DNA of 63,170 nucleotides, filler included, from Octopus bimaculoides (taxonomy: Eukaryota): the NCBI RefSeq assembly GCF_001194135.2. It is 6 parts of 6 records of this genome, joined end to end, with 100 filler letters (N's around TTAATTAATTAA, not from the genome) between each part and the next. Parts side by side here need not be neighbours in the genome. Positions count along the whole stretch, not along the records: positions 32,364 to 47,428 come from NC_068983.1; positions 47,529 to 60,229 come from NC_069008.1; 4 more parts are not named here. One strand, written 5' to 3'. The first letter of the stretch is position 1. The number at the start of each line of letters is the position of its first letter. The position numbers and the translations under genes were made by a program. Under the pieces are notes generated by a model. It ran no database searches and had not been told where the DNA came from. It saw only the letters and a program-made list of their open reading frames with translations. Of the stretch, positions 39,229 through 52,316 are shown piece by piece.

Positions 39229-39917
39229 AAACTGTGGCATTCCTGAGTAATTTGAACAAAATAAGACCCGCGTGTATAATCATTGTACAGATAACACAAG
39301 TCCGATAAAAAATATGTAAATGTTACGTTGAACAATGAAAAGTTTTTGGAACGTGAAGCTAATTAAACAACGTATATCATTATTTTCGCTTCCGGTTAGA
39401 AAATTCTGTAATTTCATTATTTTTATTTCTTTGTTTTTGTGACAAATGACTTTCTGCAACACAAGGTATACAATGATTAAAACAAAAACAATTTTACAAA
39501 TATCGGAAGACCTCAATCGAATGTCTTTCCGCAAGAATCAGAATAAACTGTATAAATCCCACCAATTATACAATGCAGTACTTATATGTGTATGAATAAT
39601 AAATTTATCATAGACGTAACCAAATAGCATATCCCAAAAGGAAATTCAAAACTACAGTCATGTTTGGAATACTGATATAAACAACCTGATAAAAATTGGA
39701 GATATTCTCAAAGAAATTTATGTAACAACATCACAGACAACAACTAGAAGAACGCTTAAACTTTTGCAAGCAAATTAAGGAAAAAAGCAAACGGAAATAA
39801 AGTGTGTGTTGAGAAAATGTATCGATTATAAATGTCTATTGAAAGCTAAAGATAAAAGAAAATAGAAGAGAGCGAAAAGAATTCTGCAATGTGTCGCACA
39901 TCACACATAACTCTGTG

Positions 39918-39956
<39 letters not shown>

Positions 39957-39958
39957 AC

Positions 39959-40022
39959 ATGCACTTGTGTATGCATGCACTTGTGTATGCATGCACTTGT
40001 GTATGCATGCACTTGTGTATGC
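39959..40022. repeat. 16-bp minisatellite x4
   Basis: ATGCACTTGTGTATGC, four perfect copies. Confidence 0.95.
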
Positions 40023-41957
40023 GTGTACGTGTGTATGTATATTTCGTTTGTGTGTATATGTCTATTTATATAAATTTGTGTATATGTATTTAAACGGGCA
40101 GGCAAAGAAATTTTTAAATTAAAAGATGTGATTTCATTTTACTAATTATCACCACAAAACAAATGTTCATTAAAAAACCAACAACAATACCTACAGTATC
40201 ATATAATTAAGTAATTTCTTTGTAATTAATAAGAATTGAATACCATTCTGAAAGTAATAGAAACTTTGATACATTTTATACAATGAATAATTGATGACTC
40301 GTTCATACAGCGTATAGAGGCGTACAATAATGACAATGTATTATATATTCCAAACATATATACAGATAAATATTGTATAAACTCACGTATATGCATGTAT
40401 ACATATATACTTACATATATACATACACACACATACATAAATAACATAACATATATGTATACATACATTAATATTCAATTATCATTAATCAACAATGTCA
40501 GAAAAGAGAAAAATGAGATGAATTATGAGTTAATTCTTGTCGTTAATTAATTACATAAATAACGAAAAATTCATCGTCTAGACAATTCTTCCGTTTACGA
40601 TATAATTTCATACTTACTGTAAATAGTTATTATACACCAAATTCTCAGAATTTCTGTAATGCTTTCTATTATTTTTGTTAAATGTGAACATGCCAGTTAT
40701 GATAACATGATGTTTGTATCAATTTCTATGATAAAGATAAAAGCATATATACCAAATCGCAGACTACTTTTCCTCAGTGTAATCTATACAGTTTAATAAG
40801 TTTTGCACATAACAAACAACAAAACAGAAATATATATTTGTTATCCTTGTACATCAATGACAACATCACTAAAACAAAGAAGACAGCATTATGTAAATAT
40901 GCAGACATGTATTATTAGGTCGATTTCTATCAACATATGCTTCACAGCTTGTTTTTATCTGATATATATGTTCTTTCATTTTTAACTTCCTGGCAACCTC
41001 AGAACTTGAGCAATCACATGTACACGCATACTAACACATAAAAGTTATGCGTATGTGTATCTGTGTGTGAACGAGTGTTTGCATGTGTGTGTACAGACCA
41101 GTGTGAATATGCACGTGCTAGTATAAGATGTTTCGTGAGATATCCCATAATTTATATTTTAGTTATATATTATACATTTTGTTAGCGCTTTTTCTGTATG
41201 TATTGATTTCATATTGGTCTATGGGATAGTATGTTTCTTGAGTTTGTTGGCAGAACAGTTTCAATATGTTCTTGTATATTATTTGAATTGAGCAAGAAAA
41301 ATATGGTTTTGTATTTCGTTGATAAAAGTTGATTGAATCATATATAGACGATATTTGAACATAAAGTATCATCACTGTCTTTCTGTAAATTTATTCCATT
41401 CCGGAGACATGGGAAATATTCTTAAAAATACGCAGGAGACAGTGTGTCACAACTTAATTTTCCTAAAAGTGCATTTGACAGTGAGTCAAAGAATTAATAT
41501 TCGTCGTTGTGAGAATACGTATATTTATTTAACTTTTAAAAATACAGTTGAAACGAGTGAGGAATTATGAACAATGATATCCATTTTTAACATTAATAAT
41601 CGTCCGATGTCATATTCTAATTATTCACATTGTTATGGCGGACAATGTATATAAAACTAAGCGTAGAATTATTTTATTACATGGTAGTTTGAACTGTAAA
41701 TTTACAATTTACTGTAAATGTGTAGGTAATTGGGAGTATATTTAGAAGCACTTTGTATCATTTCACACATGATCCAAACGAAGATCAACAATATAACAAG
41801 TAGGTTGAGAAAGCGCAACATAAAGATAAGGGTAAAATTCATTTTGAATTGGAATCGATTAGAGAAATAGGCTGGCTCAGATACATTTACCGGGTCAGAG
41901 ATCGATCCCCAAAACTTCCGAATACGCACCAATCACAAGCCTCTAGACAGCACTCTT

Positions 41958-42003
<46 letters not shown>

Positions 42004-42181
42004 AGATATATATATATAGGAGTATGACCAGCCGAAATTGCAAAAATAATCTGGAACTCGTTTGTGGAAAGAAAACACCGACTGACCCGTCCTTGTTTTA
42101 TTTCCATCGTCTATCTGGATGTTTTCTTGTATCACCTGTCCGGATGTTTTGCTTTCCAGTCCCATTTTGTGTGTATATATA

Positions 42182-42590
42182 TATCGAAAGTTACACAAAC
42201 AAATAAAAGAACTGGACGCCATTGCATAGTGCCAAGGACTCCAAATTTGCCATCAAGATGTAGGACAAGATACTGCAATTGCCTGAGCTTCAAAGGTCCA
42301 CAGCTCTTCAATATCTTCCCGAAGGACCTGAGAGACCTGCATGCGGTGGATGTAGGTGTCTTCAAGACAAGGCTGGACCTCTTCCGGTCAGGTGTCCCAG
42401 ATGAACCAACTTCACGGCAGGAGGCGCAGATGATAGCAGCTGCATCAAACTCTCTCATGCACCAAATGTCAATTCCTGGTGTAAAATTCATGAAGTAAAA
42501 ATGTGTAGCAACACCAAATGGCGGTGCCCAAGCATGACCACAGCTCATGAGCTGAAACTAGATAAAATAAAATGAAATGAAATGAAAATG
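42182..42590 (+). mobile_element. 3' end of a CR1/L2-group LINE including 3' UTR and short-repeat tail
   Basis: RTGRHCIVP..SFKGPQLFNIFPKDLRDL..VFKTRLDLF..VPDEP..ASNSLMHQ; stop at 42496-42498; UTR ends CTGAAACTAGATAAAATAAAATGAAATGAAATG. Exact clade unresolved. Confidence 0.75.
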
Positions 42591-45500
42591 NNNNNNNNNN
42601 NNNNNNNNNNNNNNNNNNNNNNNNNNNNNNNNNNNNNNNNNNNNNNNNNNNNNNNNNNNNNNNNNNNNNNNNNNNNNNNNNNNNNNNNNNNNNNNNNNNN
42701 NNNNNNNNNNNNNNNNNNNNNNNNNNNNNNNNNNNNNNNNNNNNNNNNNNNNNNNNNNNNNNNNNNNNNNNNNNNNNNNNNNNNNNNNNNNNNNNNNNNN
42801 NNNNNNNNNNNNNNNNNNNNNNNNNNNNNNNNNNNNNNNNNNNNNNNNNNNNNNNNNNNNNNNNNNNNNNNNNNNNNNNNNNNNNNNNNNNNNNNNNNNN
42901 NNNNNNNNNNNNNNNNNNNNNNNNNNNNNNNNNNNNNNNNNNNNNNNNNNNNNNNNNNNNNNNNNNNNNNNNNNNNNNNNNNNNNNNNNNNNNNNNNNNN
43001 NNNNNNNNNNNNNNNNNNNNNNNNNNNNNNNNNNNNNNNNNNNNNNNNNNNNNNNNNNNNNNNNNNNNNNNNNNNNNNNNNNNNNNNNNNNNNNNNNNNN
43101 NNNNNNNNNNNNNNNNNNNNNNNNNNNNNNNNNNNNNNNNNNNNNNNNNNNNNNNNNNNNNNNNNNNNNNNNNNNNNNNNNNNNNNNNNNNNNNNNNNNN
43201 NNNNNNNNNNNNNNNNNNNNNNNNNNNNNNNNNNNNNNNNNNNNNNNNNNNNNNNNNNNNNNNNNNNNNNNNNNNNNNNNNNNNNNNNNNNNNNNNNNNN
43301 NNNNNNNNNNNNNNNNNNNNNNNNNNNNNNNNTATATATATATATATATATATATCCATCATAAGCCATCCTGTCTCTCGTCATTATCATTGTTGTTTCA
43401 GTTACTGTTATATTTGCTATTATGCCATTGATATTTGTGACGGTGTGTTTACAGTAGCATATTCTCAACAAATATCTGCCAATTACTCAGTTGTAAGTTG
43501 AATTCCTTATTCAGCGCCCCGTATTAGAAAACAAGTAATTCGCAGAAACTCCAAACTCTCAAAGCATTTATAGTTTCTGCGTTTATATCTTAAAATTAAA
43601 ACTTTCTATTGCCTGGTGACATAACTCATCAAAGATACTATTTAATGTCAATCATTATCCCTAGTACGAACATTGTTTACAAATATACCAATGTAATAAA
43701 ATCTTTTGGCACTTTTGAAAAGTAACATAGTAATCTTCCATCCAAATAGGAATCAGCATGTTTTTACCTCAAAGAACTTTCGAAAACGCTAATAAGGACA
43801 CAGAAAACCTCTTGTGAATTATGAGAACTATGTGGCAGATGGATGCCAATTAATGCTCAAATGTAATTCGTTGCACCCAGAGTGACAAATTGACTGCTTA
43901 CACGCACCGACTATTTCCTGGCATCAATTCTGTTCCTGTTGTTTAGTTTACTCTAAGAAGTATGGATATCACCAATGTGCTACATTCGGGCTACACTACA
44001 TTTCGGAAAGATTGTACGGGACCATATCACTCGTCCATGAATTTCAGTTTCGTCCCGTTAATGATTTGACAATTTTATGAAAAACTAACTTTTGTAACTC
44101 ATCAGCTCTATTTTTACAGAACTTAGAGCTTACATAGCAAATACACTAAAGCAAAGTGTATCAATTTGAAAATAACGGGAAAATTAATTTTAAAAATCTC
44201 TTACGACTGAAATTATTAGCGTTGAATGATATCAAAATTAAATATGATTCTCTNNNNNNNNNNNNNNNNNNNNNNNNNNNNNNNNNNNNNNNNNNNNNNN
44301 NNNNNNNNNNNNNNNNNNNNNNNNNNNNNNNNNNNNNNNNNNNNNNNNNNNNNNNNNNNNNNNNNNNNNNNNNNNNNNNNNNNNNNNNNNNNNNNNNNNN
44401 NNNNNNNNNNNNNNNNNNNNNNNNNNNNNNNNNNNNNNNNNNNNNNNNNNNNNNNNNNNNNNNNNNNNNNNNNNNNNNNNNNNNNNNNNNNNNNNNNNNN
44501 NNNNNNNNNNNNNNNNNNNNNNNNNNNNNNNNNNNNNNNNNNNNNNNNNNNNNNNNNNNNNNNNNNNNNNNNNNNNNNNNNNNNNNNNNNNNNNNNNNNN
44601 NNNNNNNNNNNNNNNNNNNNNNNNNNNNNNNNNNNNNNNNNNNNNNNNNNNNNNNNNNNNNNNNNNNNNNNNNNNNNNNNNNNNNNNNNNNNNNNNNNNN
44701 NNNNNNNNNNNNNNNNNNNNNNNNNNNNNNNNNNNNNNNNNNNNNNNNNNNNNNNNNNNNNNNNNNNNNNNNNNNNNNNNNNNNNNNNNNNNNNNNNNNN
44801 NNNNNNNNNNNNNNNNNNNNNNNNNNNNNNNNNNNNNNNNNNNNNNNNNNNNNNNNNNNNNNNNNNNNNNNNNNNNNNNNNNNNNNNNNNNNNNNNNNNN
44901 NNNNNNNNTATATATGGATATATATCTATTTCTCTCTCTCTCTCTCTCTCTCTCTGTATATATATATAGGCATATCTATTTCATAGAAAGCAGATTGCAA
45001 TAGTTTGTAAAACATATGATACATTTCAATTTACCTGATTTATACCTGTCTCAACCCATATTTTCACAAAATATATTTCAATCTGAGTTACTCGGTGATG
45101 CATTAAATAATAGTTCCTAAAACACAAAAGAAAATACTCAGCTATACACAGCGTGATATAACATTTTCAAGAAAAATATAGGATATGATTACGACAAAGT
45201 ATTTAGAATATATTACAAAAATTATACGCATTATATAATATGAAGCAAACTGAATAATATTTTATCGTGGATTTCGTGTTGTTCAATAAAGAATATTGAA
45301 CTACTAGCATTATTCAAAACAAATACTGAACAAGCATCAACAAATGCACACACGCAAACACACGCCTAGACATGCACACATACTCAAAGACACACACACA
45401 CTCACACACACAACTANNNNNNNNNNTTCAAAAGGTTCTTTAATCAGCGACAGTGCAATTGTAATACAATCCAATATACAACCAATTATATGCAATATAT

Positions 45501-46789
45501 TCGTTTGAATAATAAAATCATATTACGTGGCATGAAATATTAATTTTTTTTTTAAATATTGAATTGATCGTGTGTCGCATAAAATAAATATGTTTGCATA
45601 TCAACGTGGTTTTCAGAGACTGTCATATATTTAAATTTTCAATAAAAGTGAATAAGGTTATTACTTTAAACGTGACTATAAAATCATGGAGATATAAATA
45701 TTTCTCGACATTCTATTGATATTTCAATAAACGTAACATCATTCCAATTACTCACGCTTCGTATCTACATCTATTAATGCTACACTAGCATTTTATACAA
45801 AGACGCATCTATTTCGACGTACGTGTGCGCCTCTATCGCAGTGTGTATGAGTGAGTATACTGGATACACACACACATACATACATATATATATATATACG
45901 TATAGTAAAAGGCACGGACACATTATTATGTATATGCGAACGGATGCTTCTTAGTTCTAAGTTCCAGATTTGCATAATGTATATTTCATATATCAAAATT
46001 TTCGTCTAATTTAAGGGAAATAAAACAAAATTACTATGAATTGTTAACGATTCTCAAGGAAAGGTGAGATAATTTCTATTCATTGATAATAAATTGAAAA
46101 ATCAGTTCACAATTTTAACGAAATTATAGTTAATTCATTGTTTGAAGGCAAGGGAGAGCTATGGACATTATTTCAATTGTCTAATATTTTCATTCACCAA
46201 CAAGCTACAAGGCTACAATATCTGCAGACAATAATTAAAATATATGTGAATACAGAAATTACGTATGTTTGTGGAATATAATTTTCACAATTATAAATAA
46301 AAATATTTAAATTCAATAAGCACAATTTGGGTAATAAATTGCGTTACCTTCAAATTAAATCGGAACCACCTTTCTTTATGTATGTAAATGGAAGCGAGAA
46401 ATTCAACACGTGGTAAATCGGAATGAAACCCCACAATCGTAGAACATTTGCAGTTAGTTTTGTATTTTATTTACATTCTTCGTTGAAAAGCAACTTTCAA
46501 TAATTCAAAGACCTATAAATTACTGCATTCATCATGATGGAGGGTTGAGCGTTGTTAGACAATGAATTCAATAGTAATTATAACACAAATATATTTATAG
46601 AAAAAAAGTTTAAAATGTTTTGCATTGCATTGCGTAAAACATATTTCAGCTTTATGTTAGCAATAATATTAACACGACGATAAGTGAATGTGGCATGTCA
46701 CATATTTCAGGTGTCCCTGTTATAATCTCACCAGGGACTAAAGCATTGCTAGTGGATATATGGTTCTAACGTAGATAGATCTGAACATC

Positions 46790-47280
46790 GATTCCGGCGT
46801 GATACCGCTGAGAGATATTAGAAATGGCCGCCAATGTATTCCTTGTAACCCAAATGGTAAAGATTTCCTTACCCTTCTCTATTACAGAAAATTCAGTTTG
46901 CAGCTTTCATCGGGCCTGCATCCGTTGAAAATTAAGTATAATTCTATCTGTATAATCTCAATATTTCTTTTACGTTGGAATTCTCTCAGTAAGTTCAACG
47001 TTTATCAAAGATTTCATGCTTCGCGACGTATGATAACACCGCAGAGGAAGACGTAGTTAATTCACAAGTTAAAAAGCATAAAGTCTGAAGATGAATGAGT
47101 TTCAAACGCGTAAATGCACTTTGTTAGTAGATATTCCGCTACGACTTATGATATTTGGGTGCAGAAGAGTAAAATACATGTACTATGTAGATTAAACAGT
47201 AAGCAAAACTGAGCTGTGCGGGAAAACGGGGAAAATAAATACAAAGTGAGGCAAAGACCGTAAATTATTTAACGTTTTCT
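46790..47280 (+). promoter_or_regulatory. Candidate promoter/first-exon region (CpG-enriched, YY1-like motif)
   Basis: About 23 CpG in 46741-47280 by eye; AAATGGCCGCC at 46822-46832; donor-like G|GTAAAG (46857) and CA|GTAAGC (47199). An unsized gap separates it from the ZNF gene. Confidence 0.3.
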
Positions 47281-47528
47281 CTACAGAAAATATTTGTATT
47301 TTCGATTCTTGACTATGTTTCGAGTAAAATTGCCTCTTTCATTTGACATAATAAAAAAAGATACATAATATCTGCGTATATTGGAACATTCTTTTTCATT
47401 CGTTCCACATACTGTACAAAGATGTATANNNNNNNNNNNNNNNNNNNNNNNNNNNNNNNNNNNNNNNNNNNNTTAATTAATTAANNNNNNNNNNNNNNNN
47501 NNNNNNNNNNNNNNNNNNNNNNNNNNNN

Positions 47529-47759
47529 CAGCTAAAGTGCTGAAACTCCAACAGATAGCAATACTTGTAACTCACAAAGGCAAAACAAGAAGAAAAACAA
47601 CGAAACTATACTGATGAGGAAATGAAAAGTTTTCACTTTTCTAAGCCAGAAACGCGTCTATGATTAACTAAGACTAGTTAGTTTCGTTGTTTTTTCTTCT
47701 TGTTTTGCCTTTGTGAGTTACAAGTATTGCTATCTGTTGGAGTTTCAGCACTTTAGCTG
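47529..47759 (+). mobile_element. Family G: 80-bp near-perfect inverted repeat whose loop holds a hammerhead-like core
   Basis: Arms 47529-47608 and 47679-47759 differ only by one base in a homopolymer. The loop has CTGATGA (47611-47617) and GAAACGCGTC (47649-47658). Confidence 0.7.
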
Positions 47760-47975
47760 CTATTTCTGAACTTCGGTATGTGGTGAAGCAACTGTTGCTG
47801 ATCCCTTAATTATGTTTATATATGTATGTATGTATATGAAGCAAGATGATTCAGATAGAATCAGATACTTGATTATGTATATGAGTGAGTGAACAAACAA
47901 ATGAAAGGGCACTCAACACATTTATTGGGCGTTACATATATTATCCAAAACAGTTTGATTCACATTCCATGCCAC

Positions 47976-48155
47976 TTCAAATTTTGAAGGCCCTAATGGA
48001 GCCTTTCTCATCAAGCTGGTAATAATCACATGACCTTCCTTGACCAATTGCAGCCCATCTACTGGGAGTCATCTTGGACTTCCTGCACCTCTCTAGTCAT
48101 TTGGATTCCTACCAGTCTGACAAGAAAGGCTCTGCTAGGGCCTTCAAAAATTGAA
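47976..48155. mobile_element. MITE-like element with ~45-bp imperfect terminal inverted repeats
   Basis: TTCAAATTTTGAAGGCCCTAATGGAGCCTTTCT vs AGAAAGGCTCTGCTAGGGCCTTCAAAAATTGAA. Confidence 0.6.
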
Positions 48156-48187
48156 ATAGCATAGAATCCAAATCTATTTTGAATAAT

Positions 48188-48274
<87 letters not shown>

Positions 48275-48580
48275 GTATGTGCATATACATATATGTTAGG
48301 TCATTCCAACCAGTTTCATGCTAGGTCCATCCTCTGTAGGTCATAATATTTTTTTCAAATTTTCACCATTCATTTCAATTCATATAAAATGTTAATCCTG
48401 AAAATTGCAATGCAATAGCATCACTGATTCGTATTTTAAAGAATTTCAAAAAAGTTTCCAATTTTGGAGGCTTGCATTTTGAAGTTGGGTTTGCTGCAAG
48501 CCTTGGTAAGATTGCTTTTCTTATCTCTGCATTTGATGTGTTTTTAAATAAGTCACAACCAGTTGTTTTAATTTAGATAG

Positions 48581-49040
48581 TTTAGTTCTATATTTAAGAG
48601 ATGAGAAATTATTTGCATTTGACAGATATTTGTCCTCATCTTGTTTATTGTTAACACTTCATTTCAGCTGATATACCCTCCAGTCTTCAACAGGTGTCTA
48701 GGGGAAATTTCGAACCTGAGTTCTCATTCTTAAGGTATTTTTCGATGTTATTATTATAATCGAGTTCGATTCCAGTTAGTGACCTGAATAATGATAATAA
48801 TAATAATGATGAAAAATACCTTAGGAATGAGAACCCAGGTTCAAAATTTCCCCAAGACACCTGATGACGGCTGGAAGGTATATCAGCTGAAACGTTGTGT
48901 TAACAACAAACAAGATGNNNNNNNNNNAAATTTCCCCAAGACACCTGATGACGGCTGGAAGGTATATCAGCTGAAACGTTGTGTTAACAACAAACAAGAT
49001 GAGGACAAATATCTGTCAAATGTAAATAATCTAAATAATG
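48581..49040. mobile_element. Family H: palindromic Penelope-like mini-element with hammerhead motifs and 14-bp target-site duplication
   Basis: Divergent arms around spacer 48761-48786. Plus-arm motif GACAC-CTGATGA-C-GGCTG-loop-CAGCT-GAAA-CGTT-GTGTT at 48856-48901 (repeated across a 10-N gap). Degenerate copy on the minus arm. TTTAATTTAGATAG at 48567-48580 and 49041-49054. Confidence 0.8.
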
Positions 49041-49552
49041 TTTAATTTAGATAGCTTTAAAAAACTAGTGGTCAAAAATCTTTTTAAAAAACCCCACAAA
49101 ACATAGATGCTAGGGGTCAAATTTCAAAAAATTGTAAGTTTAACCGGCTTTCCCTCCATGACTGTATGTTTGAAGCACTTCATCTAGTCTACTCTAATAA
49201 TAGGCTTGGAGTAGTCAACCAAACCCATTTGAAGTGCCCTTCATCCTAAATGGGAGAGTTTAAAAACAAGAAAATAGAAAATCTGGAAAATATTGCATAT
49301 TTTTCAGTGTTTCTATTTCAGTAACTCATCACAGAAGCATCAAAACCATAGAAAACTTATATATATTCTCAAAATACATCTGGAGGTGAATCTAGATTGT
49401 TAAAAATAAAATATTTTATATCTATCCTAATCTTTGACTGGGGCCCCCTAGAAAATGTATCAAGTTCAGTAATTGTGAAAATCTCTCAACTTCTGGGGGT
49501 CCAGATTTCCATGTGCAACAATTTCAAAGACTTTGAACCTTATTTCCTTTAA

Positions 49553-49759
49553 CCCTTTAGCTCTATCCAGCCCCCAATTTTTTTTTTTTCCCTATGTTCA
49601 CACTAGCCAGATCTGGCCTCTCACACCTACTTAACAATGTCATTGTAAAGCTCATCAATCACAATGAAATCTTTAAGCTATGAGACAATGCATGATTAAT
49701 TCAAACCAATGTGAATGGATATGTATTACATTTGATAGAGTAATCTCACTGTTAAAGGC
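49553..49759. mobile_element. piggyBac-type MITE, older copy
   Basis: TTAA|CCCTTTAGC start; homologous along its length to 49975-50186; right end degenerate. Confidence 0.6.
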
Positions 49760-49974
49760 TTAGAATGTTGACATGTCAACCCTACAATAACAGTTATGTC
49801 ATTGGCAAACATGCCCTTGTATTTCCAGAACAGCTTTTTGAATTCAGAGAGGTTTACAGTGAGGAAAGGGGCACTTTGGTGAAGGATGAAGAACATTTCT
49901 AATAAAATGGGTTTTGGGTGTCAGGTCGACTATGTCAAACTTTCTGTCAGAGTGGAGTGGATTGAGTGCTTTAA

Positions 49975-50186
49975 CTCTTTAGCATTTAAAACGGCCATAT
50001 CCAGCCCAAATAATCTTTTATGTTCAAACTGGCCAGATTCAGCCTCTCACACCTACCCTTCAGTGTCATTCTAAAAATAAACAACCATATCATTGAAATC
50101 TCAAAGCTAAAAGATAATGCATGATTAATTCAAAAACAATGTGAATAAAAAATCACTACATTAGACAATATATGAATGCTAAGGAG
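49975..50186. mobile_element. piggyBac-type MITE with TTAA target-site duplication
   Basis: TTAA|CTCTTTAGCATT ... AATGCTAAGGAG|TTAA. Confidence 0.8.
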
Positions 50187-50794
50187 TTAAATATACAATC
50201 ATGGAGGGAGAGCCCCTTAAAGTTTGAATTTTTTTTTTTTAATTACCCCTGCAGCTATTGTTTTGTTTTTTTTTGTTTGTTTTACCATAAATTTTTCAAA
50301 GGCATCTAAATTAAAACAATTGGTTTGAACTGATTTTAAGACAGTTTAGGACAGAGATAAAAAANNNNNNNNNNNNNNNNNNNNNNNNNNNNNNNNNNNN
50401 NNNNNNNNNNNNNNNNNNNNNNNNNNNNNNNNNNNNNNNNNNNNNNNNNNNNNNNNNNNNNNNNNNNNNNNNNNNNNNNNNNNNNNNNNNNNNNNNNNNN
50501 NNNNNNNNNNNNNNNNNNNNNNNNNNNNNNNNNNNNNNNNNNNNNNNNNNNNNNNNNNNNNNNNNNNNNNNNNNNNNNNNNNNNNNNNNNNNNNNNNNNN
50601 NNNNNNNNNNNNNNNNNNNNNNNNNNNNNNNNNNNNNNNNNNNNNNNNNNNNNNNNNNNNNNNNNNNNNNNNNNNNNNNNNNNNNNNNNNNNNNNNNNNN
50701 NNNNNNNNNNNNNNNNNNNNNNNNNNNNNNNNNNNNNNNNNNNNNNNNNNNNNNNNNNNNNNNNNNNNNNNNNNNNNNNNNNNNNNNNNNNNNN

Positions 50795-51108
50795 AATTAA
50801 TGTGCAAGTGGCTGAGCACTCCACAGACACGTGTACCCTTAACGTAGTTCTCGGGGATATTCAGCGTGACACAGAGTGTGACAAGGCTGACTCTTTGAAT
50901 TACAGGCACAACAGAAACAGGAAGTAAGAGTGAGAGAACGTTGTGGTGGAAGAGTACAGCAGGGTTCGCCATCATCCCCTGCCGGAGCCTCGTGGAGCTT
51001 TAGGTGTTTTCGCTCAAGAAACACTCACAACGCCCTGTCTGGGAATCGAAACCGCGATCCTATGACCGCAAGTTCGCTGCCCTAACCACTGGGCCATTGC
51101 GCCTCCAC
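50795..51108 (-). mobile_element. SINE family D (young), 3' end lost in gap
   Basis: Minus strand head GTGGAGGCGCAATGGCCCAGTGGTTAGGGCAGCG..GGTTTCGATTCCC; highly similar to 56592-56964. Confidence 0.9.
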
Positions 51109-51280
51109 GAAAATTGACAAAAATCAAAATTATTTTTTTGATATTGAAGAAAGTTCATTTTATTCCCTAATTTTATATTTATCCTTTTTTCTCATAATTT
51201 TTTATATTTCCTTACAGAACTCCCTTTGTAAAATTGTAAGAAATTCCACATGTGTTATGAAAAAAATATCCTATAATGTA

Positions 51281-52034
51281 TTATTCTTTTACTTGTTTCA
51301 GTCATTTGACTACGGCCATTCTGGAGCTCTGCCTTGAAATGTTTTACTTGAGCAAATTGACCCCAGAACTTATTTCTTAAGCCTAGTACTTATTCTATCG
51401 GTCTCTTTTGCCAAACTTCTTACTTACACGGATGTAAACACACCAACACCAGTTTTCAAAGTGGTGATGGGGGGACAAACACAGACACAAAGGCACATAT
51501 GCATATATATATATATATATATATCATCGTTTAACGTCCGCTTTCCATGCTAGCATGGGTTGGACAATTTGACTGAGGACTGGCAAGCCAGAAGGCTGCA
51601 CCAGGCTCCAATCTGATCTAGCAGAGTTTCTACAGCTGGATGCCCCTCCTAATGCCAACCACTCCGAGAGTGTAGTGGGTGCTTTTACGTGCCACCGGCA
51701 TGAGGGCCAGTCACACAGTACTGGGAACGGCCTCGCTCAAAATGTATTTTTTACATGCCACCTGCACAAGAGCCAGTCCAGCGGCACTGGCAACGACCTC
51801 GCTCGAATGATTTTCTAAAATGCCACCAGCACAAGTGCTAGAAGGCAATGCTGGTAACAATTACGCTCAAATGGTGCTATTTACAGGCCACTAGCATGGA
51901 AGCCAGACAGCTGCTCTGGCATTTGAACATGCTCGGACAGTGCTGTTAGTGCTCCACTGGTGCAGGTGCCAGTCATCGAATATGGTTCGATTTCGATTTC
52001 ACTTGCCCCAACAGGTCTTTGCAAGCAGAGTTTA

Positions 52035-52106
<72 letters not shown>

Positions 52107-52263
52107 ATGGGCTTCTTTCAGTTTCCATCTACCAAATCCACTCACAAGGCTTTGGTTGGCCCGAGGCTATAGTAGAAGACACTTGCCCAAGGTACCACGC
52201 AGTGGGACTGAACCCAGCACTATGTGTTTAGGAAGCATGCTTCTTACCACACAGCCACGCTTG
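51281..52263 (-). mobile_element. SINE family A interrupted at its internal microsatellite by element E
   Basis: A 3' half 51281-51500, E 51523-52031, microsatellite, A 5' half 52108-52263; all on the minus strand. Confidence 0.85.
51523..52031 (-). mobile_element. Element E: retroposed repeat with tandem hairpin subunits and (GAT)n-type tail
   Basis: Minus-strand 3' end GCATGGAAAGCGGACGTTAAACGATGAT; internal GCCAGT..ACTGGC..GGTGGCACGTAAAAGCACC subrepeats. Homologues at 55640-56255 and 59390-59722. Confidence 0.8.
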
Positions 52264-52316
52264 CAATCTAGCCATGCCTAGTAAAAAATATGTTCTGTTT
52301 GTATTTACATTCATAA

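Noticed and set aside
48844-49001. Tandem hammerhead dimer from two identical 74-bp copies
   Set aside because: The copies are identical and separated by a 10-N gap, typical of unmerged contig overlap. A true dimer is biologically plausible but needs long-read proof.
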